From: Salisapilia sapeloensis CBS 127946
Lineage: Eukaryota; Protista; Oomycota
Direction of reading: 5' to 3'
Assembly: GCA_023334545.1 (NCBI GenBank)
Contig: JAADVB010000139.1
Span: 1 to 48,821 of the forward strand
DNA length: 48,821 nucleotides
Below the pieces are notes generated by a model. The model was not told the DNA's origin. It did no database searches and saw nothing but the letters and a program-made list of their open reading frames with translations. Below are positions 1-11,800 of this stretch, one piece after another; the stretch's first letter is position 1, and every line of letters begins with the position of its first letter. The translations under genes were made by a program, and so were the position numbers.

Positions 1-728
1 CGAATCACTGTCCAAGTCTGTGGCGGTTCTTCTTACTCGTACGTTGCTATGAGCCTTTCTATTCCTATTTACATGTATCGTATGCTACTCTGTCATGTCT
101 TGGCGAGGAATCGTGTCGAGCGTATCCTCAGAAGCCTCCAGATTGAAGCTGTATTCGATTTACTTGCAACATTGAGCTCTTCGTCATTTCAATGGGACGG
201 TGTACAGTGCGAGTCGCAAGTATCGCCCAATTATTTCGTTCACCACTGTACTGTGTCTGCTCCGATATAAAAGCGAAGAGCTAACTAGCGCAAGCAAATC
301 GAACAGCTCACGGAGTCATTCGTACGTTTTTTTCAAAGATGCGCATTTCGAGAACCAGGCGTAGCTTGAAGTCTTCTTGAAGACCGCTCCCTATCTTTTA
401 TTATAGATGAATGATCACTTGCTTTTGTATTCCTAGATTGGTGGGAAAGTTGCATTGAAGCGCTTCGCTAGGTTTCCAGTGACAAGTAGCAAACGAAATC
501 GGCTATTCTCAGCGTATGCTGAATTGCCCGACCCAATTATCATGAATAGCACAACAAAAGGTAGATCCTCAATCTTGCCAAATCGGTATTCAGCGCGAAC
601 ACGGCCTACGATCTTACAGTAGTAAAAAAACTACCTTTCTTGAAGCGACTAGAACGAAGTTTGCAGTTCAAATACAACGCTATATTATTTTTAATATTTA
701 TACAGTAATGGTGACAATTACACAACAA

Positions 729-801
729 GCCCGTCTAGCTCAGTCGGTAGAGCGCAAGACTCTTAATCTTGTGGTCGTGGGTTCGAGCCCCACGGTGGGC
801 G
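729..801 (+). tRNA. trnK-CUU: tRNA-Lys (anticodon CUU), intronless
   Basis: 73-nt cloverleaf GCCCGTCTAGCTCAGTCGGTAGAGC...GGTTCGAGCCCCACGGTGGGCG. Acceptor stem GCCCGTC/GGTGGGC, anticodon stem CAAGA/TCTTG around loop CT-CTT-AA (CTT at 762-764), canonical T-loop GGTTCGAG. Confidence 0.98.
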
Positions 802-806
802 ATTAA

Positions 807-816
807 TTTTATTTTT
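807..816 (+). terminator. RNA polymerase III oligo-T terminator of tRNA-Lys
   Basis: TTTT-A-TTTTT starting 5 nt after the tRNA 3' end. Confidence 0.7.
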
Positions 817-1378
817 GCAGACTTGCATGCAGATAGAGTAGGCGTACATTGACATATAGGATGCAACGGCCAGCAAACCGTAGCAACCAGTGGAAAAGCA
901 TAGCATTTTATTAATTTATCCAATCCAACTTCAATAAGTTTTATCAGCTGAATTATGTCTAATTAAAGTGTAGTAACCTCGGTATATGGTTGCTGCGTGG
1001 GTGGTCGATGAGTTCTGTTCGTCTGCTTATTGCAATAATAGTACTTTGATCAGGCCTTGTCGTGGAGTACACCCTGCTTTCTACAAAGCATTTCCTGGTC
1101 GAAACCCCACGGTTTATTTGTACCCAAAGCTTCTATATATTTTGTCGTCAAATGCCGGAATTCTGGGTTATGACTTAAATTTTATCCTTGTTAAATTTAT
1201 CTCAGAAGGCGTGGTCAGGAGGGCTCGATACAAATACAGAATCTTTACTACTAGGCGCCTGGACGTGAATCTATCGACTTGTTCATTCTCAATTTGTCTA
1301 CTTCTCGTTCAACCCACTTGTTTCCTTAAAGACACCTTCACTTCAAGCAAAACTATACCATCGGCATCGGAGATCAAC

Positions 1379-2479
1379 ATGACAGAAAGTAGCACATTAG
1401 AAGCCATTAATAACACTACGGGTACTATATCGACATCAAACGGCACTGGAGAGGTCATTCCTGGCGGCATTCTTGCTATAGCCAATTCCTCTTTAAAGGG
1501 TCCAAGAGCGCGCACCGAGACCGAAGATGATTCGTGCCTTTGGCACAACGATGAAACGTGTCATCGACCACGCTCTTGTAGAGCATGTCTCAATGTAAAT
1601 CTCGGAGATACCAAGGTATACTCGTATAAAAGTACTTTTATAAAGTGTTTATCTAACAATTTATAGTGTATGGTGAATCCCATAGGCGCTTGCGTGCGAG
1701 CTGAACCGATGAGCTCCACGCAAAAAGTGAGATCAGCCCGCTTTGACAGCAGTAGAGACAACTACTATCGGTCAGGATACTTTAAGTACTGCAGTCTAGA
1801 TGATATCATCTGTAAGGACTGGAAGAATCGGTGGCAAGTGCCTTCATCCAGCGGTGACACGAAAGGTTATTACCTTGATTACCATGGACGATGGCATCAA
1901 GGCAATAGTTTATCGAATACAGCAAGTGACACAAACATGCCTTCCTATGTCGTGGGTGAAGATGGAAAGTGTCTATGCATTCAGGCGTGTGAGCAAGATG
2001 ATTGGCAAGTCAATGTCATAAGTAGTGAATGCAAGGAAGGACTCGAAGTGAACTTTACTTTTACTGTGATAGTGATGCTTGGCCTATCATTTGTAACGAT
2101 CAGCTTAATCTGCACCATCATCATGCTCTTTCGGAACCTCTATAGCTGTCGACCGATGAACAACAGCGGGAGGATTTTTAACCAAAGTTATGGACACGTG
2201 AATACTTGGTATCGTCAGACGACTCGAATGGAAAATAGAGAGAATAAATCTCAGCTACTGGATCTCGGCGGATGGAAATCTCACCAAGAAAAAATAGCTG
2301 AAGATGAAAGAGCGCAAGTAGCACGTGGGCGAGAGGATGCACTATCGTCAAGGACGGCGCCCGCTACTAGCATTCTTGTCAAAGAAGAAACCAAATATAG
2401 CACGGCGGAGTACAATGAGTTGCCAGAAGCAGTACATGATGTGGACACTTCGGCCGAGGTGCTCTATCAACGTGTTTGA
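1379..2479 (+). CDS. Cys-rich (PSI-like) single-pass membrane protein; exons 1379-1615 and 1667-2479
   Basis: A 51-nt intron 1616-1666 (GTATAC...CTAAC...TTATAG) joins the two ORFs in frame (GDTK|CMVNPIGACV). Cys pattern CHRPRSCRAC...YCSLDDIIC...CLCIQACE, then a TM helix (FTVIVMLGLSFVTISLICTIIMLF) and a cytosolic LDLGGWK motif. Start at ATG 1379 is inferred from an Inr-like TCATTCT at 1283-1289; the frame is open upstream to ATG 986. Confidence 0.75.
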
Positions 2480-3149
2480 GACTGTAATGGCCCTAGATCT
2501 CGCAATACTTTTCCCAGGTTCGGGTAGAGACCTACGAGTAGCTCCCAAGTATTTCCATCATATATGAAGAAAGCTTTTATTAATTTTTGATTTAAAAGTG
2601 CGGATGCAAAGTAGCATGGATGATTCCACTTATTCCCAAGTAGCTAGAGTTTAAATGGACTGCTTAAGAGCAATTTAAAACCAGAAGAACCAATTAAGCA
2701 TGGAAAAATGAAAGAAGTACTGGGTCTACTGGATTACGGTAATATAGCTCTTCTGGTTGTGACTGAAACCAAAAGCTTGAGTATACACAACACTCGAAGT
2801 AGGTCCGACTGCACTGAAATTTACTGCATGTTGAACAGAAAGAGAACATGACGATGTAAAGATGAATGTCCAAGACCAGGACCTAGATTTTGGATGCAAT
2901 TGACGCGTCGTGAGCTGAAAAAAACCATCGTTCTGTATATCCCAGCAAGGGTACCTCAAGCGAGCCTCCACATCCGCTGCTAGTCATGCTCTTGACCTCT
3001 TAAAATACGTTTCGAAGTGCTATTTTTCTATATATTAAATGGCATTCAACTCCCTTTTGTTTATGCAGTTTATTGTACGAGAAATTCTTCTCTCGAATAT
3101 CTTTGCTTGAATCTAGTGACCTGATAGATGTCACTCAACAATTTGAATC

Positions 3150-4415
3150 TTAAGTCGAAGAACTAAGCTGGTCTGGTATAAAGTCAACTGCGCCAGCACA
3201 TGTATCTTCGCCCGATAAAGCACTCAAGTCTTTTGAAAGCTGAGCGATCCTCAACGGATCAACAATGGTCGATCCACTGCCACCTTTTTCGTATCTTCCA
3301 GCTACAATTTCTTGTCCAGCAACTACGTACGAGCTCACTTGACCGATGAATTTATCGCAAGCGGCGCAGATATAAATTTTCTTGGTCGTTAGTTTTAGCT
3401 CGAGAACGACCTCGTGCAGCTCGATAGAAATAGAGCATGCTCCACATATTGGTGAATCACACAAAGCGCAATGATAAGCTTTACGTAACGATCTGAAGTG
3501 CTTTCTGCACGTTTGACACTCCAATTCGTTCTCCACTTCACTCTTGCCAATAAAGCTCATGACATCCGCTTTGTTCACATTCTTTCTCTGCAGGAGCCAT
3601 GAAAGTTTCTTAAGTTTTGCACAGTGAGTAGATATCCAGCTATCCATAAGTGCGCTAGCCAAGGTGATAGCACCAATAGAGTCAAGAAGGTTGTTTCCAA
3701 ATACTTCATAGTATGCTTTGGTAAACACTTCGACGGATTGGTCTGAAATTGGCTTGAAAAGAACGCAAGTCGAAGCTCGAGATCGTATAATACCTCGCTC
3801 TTCAAGTGGCGGAGTAGACGACAAGTCGATGGAATGGCCGAGATTATATCCAATGCGTTCACTTTCACTCACTTGAAGAACTCCAGTTGCTCGAATGTAG
3901 ACGGCATCTCGGTCTTTGACAACCCCTCGGAAAGCTGGACTTGGACTAGCAACATGCCATTGGATAGTAGTACAGCGATATGGATGCTCCAAAGTCGGCT
4001 TCTCGATCATCGCCAGTATCTGAGCATTCGTCACTGGCTGTCCAGAGTAGTTTACACTTTGCAACATTGCAGCTTCATCGCCGTTCACGAGACCGTATAA
4101 GAGGTCATCCATGTTACCTGAGATCGTCCCATGCCCGGCAATAACACGAGGCTTCTTCCAGCCTACACTGTGAATATAGGAATCTCTCTTGACGCGCCGA
4201 GATGGAGTTCTCTCTCGGTACATAGTCACATTATTAGATGACTTGATCGGCTTCCATCGTTTACTATTTAGCTCTCGAGGCACCGACTTGTCAAACTTTT
4301 GATAATGCCGCAGTGCTTCATTCACGAGTACCATTGCGACGCGTTTACAATGATTCTTCCTCGACTCGGAGATAGAGAGGTCTTCATACGCGTCTGCCGT
4401 CCACTGTGTAGTCAT
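3150..4415 (-). CDS. START-like lipid-binding domain + degenerate FYVE-type zinc finger protein (oomycete-type family)
   Basis: 421-aa ORF. START-like core (WKPIKSSNNVTMYRER, GTISGNMDDLLYG, RDAVYIRATG, RIGYNLGHSIDL), then CQTC...HCALC...CGAC...ICAAC. Inr-like CCATTTT at 4448-4454 on the minus strand. Confidence 0.85.
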   Translation of the reverse strand: MTTQWTADAYEDLSISESRKNHCKRVAMVLVNEALRHYQKFDKSVPRELNSKRWKPIKSSNNVTMYRERTPSRRVKRDSYIHSVGWKKPRVIAGHGTISGNMDDLLYGLVNGDEAAMLQSVNYSGQPVTNAQILAMIEKPTLEHPYRCTTIQWHVASPSPAFRGVVKDRDAVYIRATGVLQVSESERIGYNLGHSIDLSSTPPLEERGIIRSRASTCVLFKPISDQSVEVFTKAYYEVFGNNLLDSIGAITLASALMDSWISTHCAKLKKLSWLLQRKNVNKADVMSFIGKSEVENELECQTCRKHFRSLRKAYHCALCDSPICGACSISIELHEVVLELKLTTKKIYICAACDKFIGQVSSYVVAGQEIVAGRYEKGGSGSTIVDPLRIAQLSKDLSALSGEDTCAGAVDFIPDQLSSST

Positions 4416-5785
4416 CGGTTTAGATAGTTCTTCAGCTTGCTAGTTTGAAAATGGCGTGAAGACTCGTCGGTAATCTATAAGTTAAAGACGATCCAGCGGG
4501 AATCACTTCGTGCGTGATTTGTCCAGCTCTCTCTGTCTCGCTTGGCTTGCCTCGTGCTAGGTATGGTGACATACCTGGGACAAATTAGAGAACGAGTCTA
4601 CGCCATGTCGGCTAGATTACGTTCCAACGTTCTTCAATCATACAATCGTGGTTACTTCGGAGGGAATTAAAGGGAGTACCACTCTTTATGCTAAGATAGT
4701 TTGGACATTGTAGCTTTCGACGACTCGGCCTCCTGACGCAGTCATCCTGTTCCGCCAAAGCGAAAGGATCCAGGCTACTGGATTCTAGAGTGTAATTTAA
4801 TGATTTATATGATTAAAGAACTAAATGGATACTACAGTACAACCTTCCTCAAACATGCTAGTGACGCAAGTGATAGCGTTATCAGACTAACTAGGGCGCA
4901 TCCTCCACAAAGACAAATTTTGATCAATATTACGCGACCACTGGAGACGGCGAAAAGGTACGATTATTTAAATGACAACCACAACTAATCGATATGTACT
5001 TCGAGCAGCAAGGAACCTTCAGGTAACCACTCAAGAGGAGGGAGTATTTTATTATAAAGATTGTATAGTGGTTCGATGAGATAGACTATTATAAGATCAA
5101 CATAACAGTATCCACCCTGACGGAATGTCAGTTTGTTGCTTCATTTTACTGTACATTTGCCACAGCTGAATCAGAAAGCAACTCACTCTTTCGCTTTCGA
5201 CACATAGACTCCCGTATTGAGTTTGTGATATAAATATACGAAACATTGTGTTGTGTCGGCTTATAGAGCACTAGTCCGATCGCAACTCAGGATCCTGTCC
5301 TATGTGCTTCATCTCCACTTCACTCTACTTCTTTAGCTCGCACACTTGTGATAGAACCAACTCGGATCTATTCCGCGCATCAACGACGCACGAACTTCTG
5401 ACTTCACTTGAAACCCAGATGGCCATCTTAGCGGTAACCTAGTGCGAGTGTAAATCGCTACTCGGACTTCACTATGTAACTCTACGTAAGTGTTTTGCGG
5501 TGGTCCTATCTTAATTTCGAATGGCACTGCTATCTTCGAAACCTGGACAAGTATATCGAGTTTTCTACATGCGATGAAGGCAGAACCAACTACTTTTTTT
5601 ATCTTAGCATATTACTTGCTTCTTTAAGCGCTATCACCGAATAGAAACACTACCATCCATAGACTCTTTGTCTTTTAGAAATGGGAACACTGATCACCTT
5701 TAAAGCGCTTGCTCATACAAACAAGGGAGCTTATGGTTGAGTATGCAGTGCAACATCAAGGTATTTATAACACACGCTAGTAAAA

Positions 5786-8332
5786 TTAATCCACGGTGTT
5801 GGATTCTTGTCGTTTATTCACGAGACAACGCTGCAACTTGTACAAGACACTACCCTCTCCCATCAATGCTTGCATCCTTTCGTCATGTTCCTCCACATCC
5901 ATCTCCAACGTACTCTTCAACTCATCCAGAATAAAGTTGTCACCACCTCCAACGGCGCTCAGTACATTATGAAAGTAGTTCAAATCAGCAGCAAGTTGTC
6001 GACTGCCTTGATCCGACAGTTTCGGGATGCAACAAATAGCTCCCAAGAGAGCAGCAAAGGTACCACTCGCAAGTGATGTTGTCCACAAGTCGACAAATTC
6101 ACCCGCCATTCCTTGGTCTTGGGAAGGAGGGATAAAGATACGTTGACACGAATTCATTTCCGTCGTAGACAACTGAATCATTTCACCAAGACGTTGCCAA
6201 GCGGGTGTACATACCTCTTGCTTCAGCTGACTAGAAGCGACATAAGCTGGTTCTAAGCTCTGACTTTCTGAAAATGGTTCCAATTGAGGTAAGAGAGAGA
6301 GAAGCAAGTCTGCGACCATCGTAATGTACTCTTGTGGTAGAGCGTTGGACGACGGCATGTCCTCTTCCTCCTCTGGCTCTTCCTGCCAGATATCTTTCGT
6401 AGGAACTTGATCTAACACTTGGACGATAGGCACAAAGACTGTATCAAAAGTCAGTCGCTGAACCGCTTGCTGCCACGGCCTCAACGCTTCTTTCATGTCG
6501 GACAGTAACGAGTAGGACGACTGCTCTTCCAGAGGCACATCGACATGTTCCTGGATGAATCGATGCAGTCGTGTGAGTCTATTAGGCTCTTGCACGAGCC
6601 ACATAGAGTGGGCAGCCAATGCCGGCGCCTTGGACTCATCTGCAATATCCTGTAGAGAAGGCAATCGATAGCTCTGTTCATCAACGTGCATCCACTGCAT
6701 GATCGTCTCGGCATTCTCCTGATGTAAACGACTTTCTAGTTCCTGTATCTGTTGGTAGAGAACGCCACAGGACGTTAAGAGCGTTAAAGACCCGTGGAAC
6801 TTACTCCAGTCCAAGGAACTAGGATGTGCATTCGAACGAGCGTTCTCATCTACATGACAAAAGGATTTTAAAGAAGGCATTTGTTGTTCCAATCGATCTG
6901 TGAGCTTTGATACAGCCGACCGAAGAGCGAAAATGACAGGCACGACGACACTTCCGTGGCTCCAGTCCAATGCAAACGTCATGTTCTTTTCGACTACTTG
7001 GCATAACGCTGGTGCAATGTCTTCCATCTGATGCGCAAAGTCGTCTAGTCCACTTTCATCTTCACTATCAAAATGTCGAGCGAATGCAACTACTTCTGAC
7101 GTGATTGTACTTCCGACATGCTTTTCGTAGTCCTGGAAGATCACGTAGTAGGGTGCAAAGACTGAATCTAATACTTTCTTCACAAGACCTCGAGACACTT
7201 CATCCGATACAGACGTCGTGTGTCCATCTACTTGCTCTGACTCGATGAAACTACCGTCTTGTACAGATTGGAAGAACAAAGCTAGGTTAGATGCAAATGT
7301 AGTAGAAGTCTGCCATGCAGATAAGAGGTTCTCCATCCAATGTCCGTCTTGGGATTGAAGACGATCGTAAAAGGAGTCTGAGAGAGGGTGGAAGGCCTGA
7401 CCTAGGACTTCCTTTAGAATGTCCATTACGACTGATGGATTCTGGAAGATAGATATGGCATTCGTAGCTTCTTTACGAAGACTTTGGAGCGTTTGCTCAT
7501 AAAAAGTAGGCAAATAGTCATGAACAAAGGCACCATGATCATCTGAAGTGTAGCCGAACCAGACATGATGAATCGTTTCCGACCGCTTCTGGATAAATGC
7601 AGTCTTAAGGACGGACGTATCGCCAACGTGCGATAGTAATTGCTGACAATGCGCTAAAGCAGTCGTTGGAAGAGGATCTAGCGCCATAAACTGCTCCGTT
7701 TTGGTTGTCACGATCGACTTGACCTCGTCATGCAAGGACTGGAACACCCGGTGTCGTTCGTCTGCACCAGGCATACCATCCAGCAACGTAATACTCGTTT
7801 CCATCTGCTGCAAGCGATCGGAGAAATGAAGAGCAGACGCAGAATTGTCGTTTGTCGACAAGATGTCGATAAATCGATCTTTGTCTGCACTAGATAAGCG
7901 GTCTATCATCTGGAAACATATACGTACGTGCTTTTCCCACGTCGTTGCCTCCGTGAGCATCTGAGAGCATTGCTGCATACGTGTCTTGGCTTCATGCAGT
8001 GTAGCTAATTGCGTCAGATCTTTGCTAGGACCAACGTCTTTCGTCGCTGCTCCTTCCGACAACTGTGCATCAACGTTTTCAAGCTGCTGCATCAATGGGG
8101 AAGCAGATTTTTCTAGCAAAGACAATTGACGCTGCAGCTCCGGTGCCGTATGTGTCGATAATTGACGCACTGTCGTCTGCAAGTCTCTCGCGACGGACTG
8201 AGACAGCAATGTCAGTTGAGGCATGAGTGTCTGGAGACTATCTACATCGCCAGACTTGTCTAATAACGCTTGTTCGATCCATGCATAGCTGTCAAAGTCA
8301 TGTGCCGCGAACACATCTTCTTCCAATTCCAT
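5786..8332 (-). CDS. COG7: Conserved oligomeric Golgi complex subunit 7
   Basis: 848-aa single-exon ORF. N-terminal F...DFD..AWI..AL motif plus coiled coil; C-terminal LPQEYIT.VAD.LLSLLPQLEPF and IPKLS..GSRQLAADLNYF.NVL.A.G motifs typical of COG7. Confidence 0.9.
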   Translation of the reverse strand: MELEEDVFAAHDFDSYAWIEQALLDKSGDVDSLQTLMPQLTLLSQSVARDLQTTVRQLSTHTAPELQRQLSLLEKSASPLMQQLENVDAQLSEGAATKDVGPSKDLTQLATLHEAKTRMQQCSQMLTEATTWEKHVRICFQMIDRLSSADKDRFIDILSTNDNSASALHFSDRLQQMETSITLLDGMPGADERHRVFQSLHDEVKSIVTTKTEQFMALDPLPTTALAHCQQLLSHVGDTSVLKTAFIQKRSETIHHVWFGYTSDDHGAFVHDYLPTFYEQTLQSLRKEATNAISIFQNPSVVMDILKEVLGQAFHPLSDSFYDRLQSQDGHWMENLLSAWQTSTTFASNLALFFQSVQDGSFIESEQVDGHTTSVSDEVSRGLVKKVLDSVFAPYYVIFQDYEKHVGSTITSEVVAFARHFDSEDESGLDDFAHQMEDIAPALCQVVEKNMTFALDWSHGSVVVPVIFALRSAVSKLTDRLEQQMPSLKSFCHVDENARSNAHPSSLDWSKFHGSLTLLTSCGVLYQQIQELESRLHQENAETIMQWMHVDEQSYRLPSLQDIADESKAPALAAHSMWLVQEPNRLTRLHRFIQEHVDVPLEEQSSYSLLSDMKEALRPWQQAVQRLTFDTVFVPIVQVLDQVPTKDIWQEEPEEEEDMPSSNALPQEYITMVADLLLSLLPQLEPFSESQSLEPAYVASSQLKQEVCTPAWQRLGEMIQLSTTEMNSCQRIFIPPSQDQGMAGEFVDLWTTSLASGTFAALLGAICCIPKLSDQGSRQLAADLNYFHNVLSAVGGGDNFILDELKSTLEMDVEEHDERMQALMGEGSVLYKLQRCLVNKRQESNTVD

Positions 8333-8760
8333 TTCGATTTTCGTGTTTATACTTGAAAAATGTATACAGCCATAAATCCGTCGAATCTACCTACAGATCG
8401 TATCGGCATGCCAATCTCTCTCGTACGTCGTTTCTACCTCAAGAAAACACATTCGACTTGATGCACAATAGCTCTTCCCCATCTATCTCTGCTATATAGT
8501 ATTCTCTATTTCCCTCCTAAAATCGAACCACAGGTCATCACATCGCTCGTGTGCAACTAGCGATGGAAAATCAGACGTGTACGCACACAAGACGAGTCGG
8601 ATGGACCTATCGATTGGTTCCGACAGCCATCGACTCACCGCATGAATCTGACACTCGAGTCACTTCCTCCACCCTCTGTCAATTTCATCCAATCTGTACA
8701 TGTAAAAATCTTTTCTACCAATCAAAACCGACCGATCTTGAAACGAAAGCAAGTTGCTCT

Positions 8761-8776
8761 TCATTTCTGTTTTTGC
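8761..8776 (+). promoter_or_regulatory. Oomycete-type Inr+FPR core promoter of the ATP-grasp gene
   Basis: TCATT-TCTG-TTTTTGC fits YCATTYY plus a near MWTTTNC, 53 nt upstream of ATG 8814. Confidence 0.55.
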
Positions 8777-8813
8777 AACCTACCGCCCAGATCTTCAGTC
8801 CACTCTCTTCAGT

Positions 8814-11800
8814 ATGGGGAATACCACGTCTACTTCATCAACGAAAGGAAAATCTAGTCAGACTTCTGAAGTAAAGGAAGAACCACCAGTGGCGACAAAT
8901 GATGTTTCGACACATGAAAGTGAAGAAATTGATGAAGAAGGTGCTATGCCGGAATTTCAAGTCCTGTCGGCAGCACAGCGAAGTGTTACCTTTGATGAAC
9001 GACAGTGTGTGACCATCTCAAGTACTGCGCCGTTATCAGATTTCCGACCACTTCAACGCGCAGCGACGTACGATCCTCGACTACGCACGAAGAGGTCGTT
9101 GCTCACGGCGGATGATGTCATGCATCGACGCTTCTTCAACGCGCGAGAACGTCGTCGATCTGCTGCGGACGTGTCGTCGTCTATTGTCAGTACTTTGCAA
9201 AAGCCGAGTAAAGTCAAGGATGAAGTTTTGGAGAAGAAGAATGCCATTGTCGTCGTGGATCCGTTTTCCACCGGTACGACGCTTGCGCAGAAGGCATTAG
9301 CCAGGGGATATAGTGTTGTTGGCATTTATTCGGATACGTTGGAAGTTATGCAAGAACTTATTGCTCACGTACCGAAGGAGCTGTCCGCCCAGTTCACGAC
9401 GACACTCGTACACGATGCTAGTAACAGCGACAGCTTCGATGAAATCGTGGGCATGTTAAAGGACATGAGTGATAAAAGTGAGTTAAATATCATTGGTGTA
9501 CTTGCTGGTGCTGAAACAGGCGTCATGCTTGCCGATAAGCTCTCGGAGACACTGCACTTAACTACGAATGGTACCAAGGGCTCCGATGCTCGTCGAAACA
9601 AGTACAAGATGGGAGAAAAAGTCCGTAGTAGTGGTCTGCGTGCCGTGAAGCAACGTGCTGTGACGAAATGGTCTCAAGTCGTGGAGTTTGTGGAGCAGGA
9701 ATTGCAACCAGACCCGTTCCGAGTGATCGTAAAACCAGTCGAGAGCGCCGGTAGCGATGACGTGACGTTGTGCTACTCTATGGAGGACGTTCGTCGTGCC
9801 TTTGGTAACATCCAAGGTAAGATCAACTCTCTAGGTCTCGAGAACACCATGACGTTAGTCCAAGAATACTTGGACGGGACGGAATACGTCGTAGACACTG
9901 TCAGTCGCGACGGTGTGCACAAGGTCGTGGCTGTGTGGGAGTATGACAAGCGTGCTGTCAACAACGCACCGTTCGTCTACTACGGCGTCTTGCTTCGTCC
10001 AGCGTCGGGTCCGTTGGTCACTCCGATCGTCGACTACATTTTAAAAGTGGTAGACGCGTTGGAAATCAAGCACGGACCAGCACACGCCGAAGTCAAATTG
10101 ACACAAGCCGGAGAACCTTGTTTAATTGAGATCGGGTCTCGTTGTCATGGAGGAGGTGGCGCCTACCTCGATATTGTCAATCCTTGCATCGGATACAACC
10201 AAGTCGAGTGCACATTGGATGCATACTTTGATGCAGATGCCTTTGACGCTCTGCCGAAGAAGCCATCTACATTAAAGAAGCATGGCTGTGAAGCAATGCT
10301 CGTGTCGTATGAGCAAGGCAAACTCAAGAGTTACCCTGGTCTAGAAGAACTTCGAAGCTTGTCTTCGTACGTGACGGACTACATGATCCTCGAGGTCGGA
10401 GATGAACTTCCTATCACAGTCGACATGTACGGGACACCTGGAAGTATCTTGATGGTTCATGAGGATAAAGAAACCTTGGACCGAGACTATGCACGCATTC
10501 GAGAGCTTGAGCACGATGGTATGTACGACATCGAACCAACGAAATCTGATGCGGATGAAGAGAAGAAAGAGGTGGTTGTGGTCGTCGATCCTTTCACAAC
10601 TGGTGCAGTCGTGGCGCATCAGCTCATTGCGAGAGGATACGACTGCATCTGTGTCTACAGCGACAAACTAGAGAATGTGGAACACATTGCGAGTCTCATT
10701 CCCGAAGGACTCACACTGGAGTTTGCTGCCACCGTTGCGTACGACGGTGACGTCGCTGCAACCGCCAAGGCCGTACGCAACGCTGCCAAGCGTGTCGTGG
10801 ACAAGAGCGATGACTCACCCCCTCTCTCGCCACGCAGAAAGGACCAGCGACTAGTTAAAGCGGTCTTCCCGGGCGCAGAACTAGGTGTCCGGCTCGCCGA
10901 TGCACTCAGTGACGAACTCGGTCTCGTCGGCAACGAGCTCTCTCTCTCATCTGCGAGACGAGACAAGTACCTCATGGGCGAGAAATTACGCTCGAGTGGC
11001 GTTCGTGCTGTGAAACAAGTGAAAGCAACGTCGTGGGAAGAAGCAGAACACTTTATCACGCACGAACTCCAGCCAGAACCTTTTGAAGTCGTTCTAAAAC
11101 CTCTCGAGAGTGCTGGTACAGAAGATGTCGTGCTATGCATGTCGATGGAACAAGCGAAAGAAACATTTGGTAAGATCTTAGGGAAGATCAATGGTCTCGG
11201 GATTGCGAATAACGCTGTGCTCTTGCAAGAGTACTTGGACGGTGATGAGTACGTCATTGATACCGTCAGTCGAGATGGTAAACACAAGGTCGTTTGTGTC
11301 TGGAAGTACGACAAGCGTCGTGTAAATGACGCTGCATTCGTCTACTTTGGTCTCTCGGTTGTCCCATGCGAAGGTTTCATCCATGAACTCATCGAGTACC
11401 AGCTCCAAGTCCTCGATGCATTGGGTATTAAGAACGGACCAGCACATGGCGAAGTAAAACTATGTCGAGGAAGTCCTGTGCTCATTGAAGTCGGCGCCCG
11501 ATGCCATGGAGGTGAAGGTGCTTGGATCCCAATAGTCAACAAATGCGTCGGATATAATCAAGTCGACGCTGCCATCGACAGTATCCTCGATGCCGATGCT
11601 TTTGACAAGTATCCGGATCGTCCGACGCAATTGCTTGAACATGGATGTGAAGCCATGCTCGTATCGTACAAGGAAGGTATCCTCAAGTCCGTACCAGGTC
11701 TCGAGGAGATCATTCAGATGCCTGCTTTCTTAAAGAAAGAGATTTTTGTCTCGAAAGGAGATGCATTGCGACGTACGATTGATATGTTTTCGACACCAGG

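Noticed and set aside
49-270. 73-aa ORF at the window start
   Set aside because: No homology-type signal recognised; could be non-coding or part of a gene outside the window.
371-384. Small inverted repeat GTCTTC-TT-GAAGAC
   Set aside because: A 6-bp stem is expected by chance in 49 kb.
986-1378. 5' extension of the first membrane-protein ORF to ATG 986
   Set aside because: Not protein-like, and an Inr-like element at 1283-1289 points to a later TSS. Not used as the start, though not excluded.
2726-2990. Short minus-strand ORFs between the membrane-protein and START-FYVE genes
   Set aside because: Short, no motifs, no coherent exon structure.
5037-5046. GGAGGGAGTA, resembling a Stowaway/Tc1-mariner MITE right end (similar AGGGAGTA near 4671)
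   Set aside because: No inverted partner (TACTCCCTCC) was found at a plausible distance and there is no transposase remnant.
5333-5610. Open minus-strand frame of about 90 codons in the largest intergenic gap
   Set aside because: No in-frame ATG near its 5' end (the listed start is GTG), no recognisable domain, no convincing splice partner.
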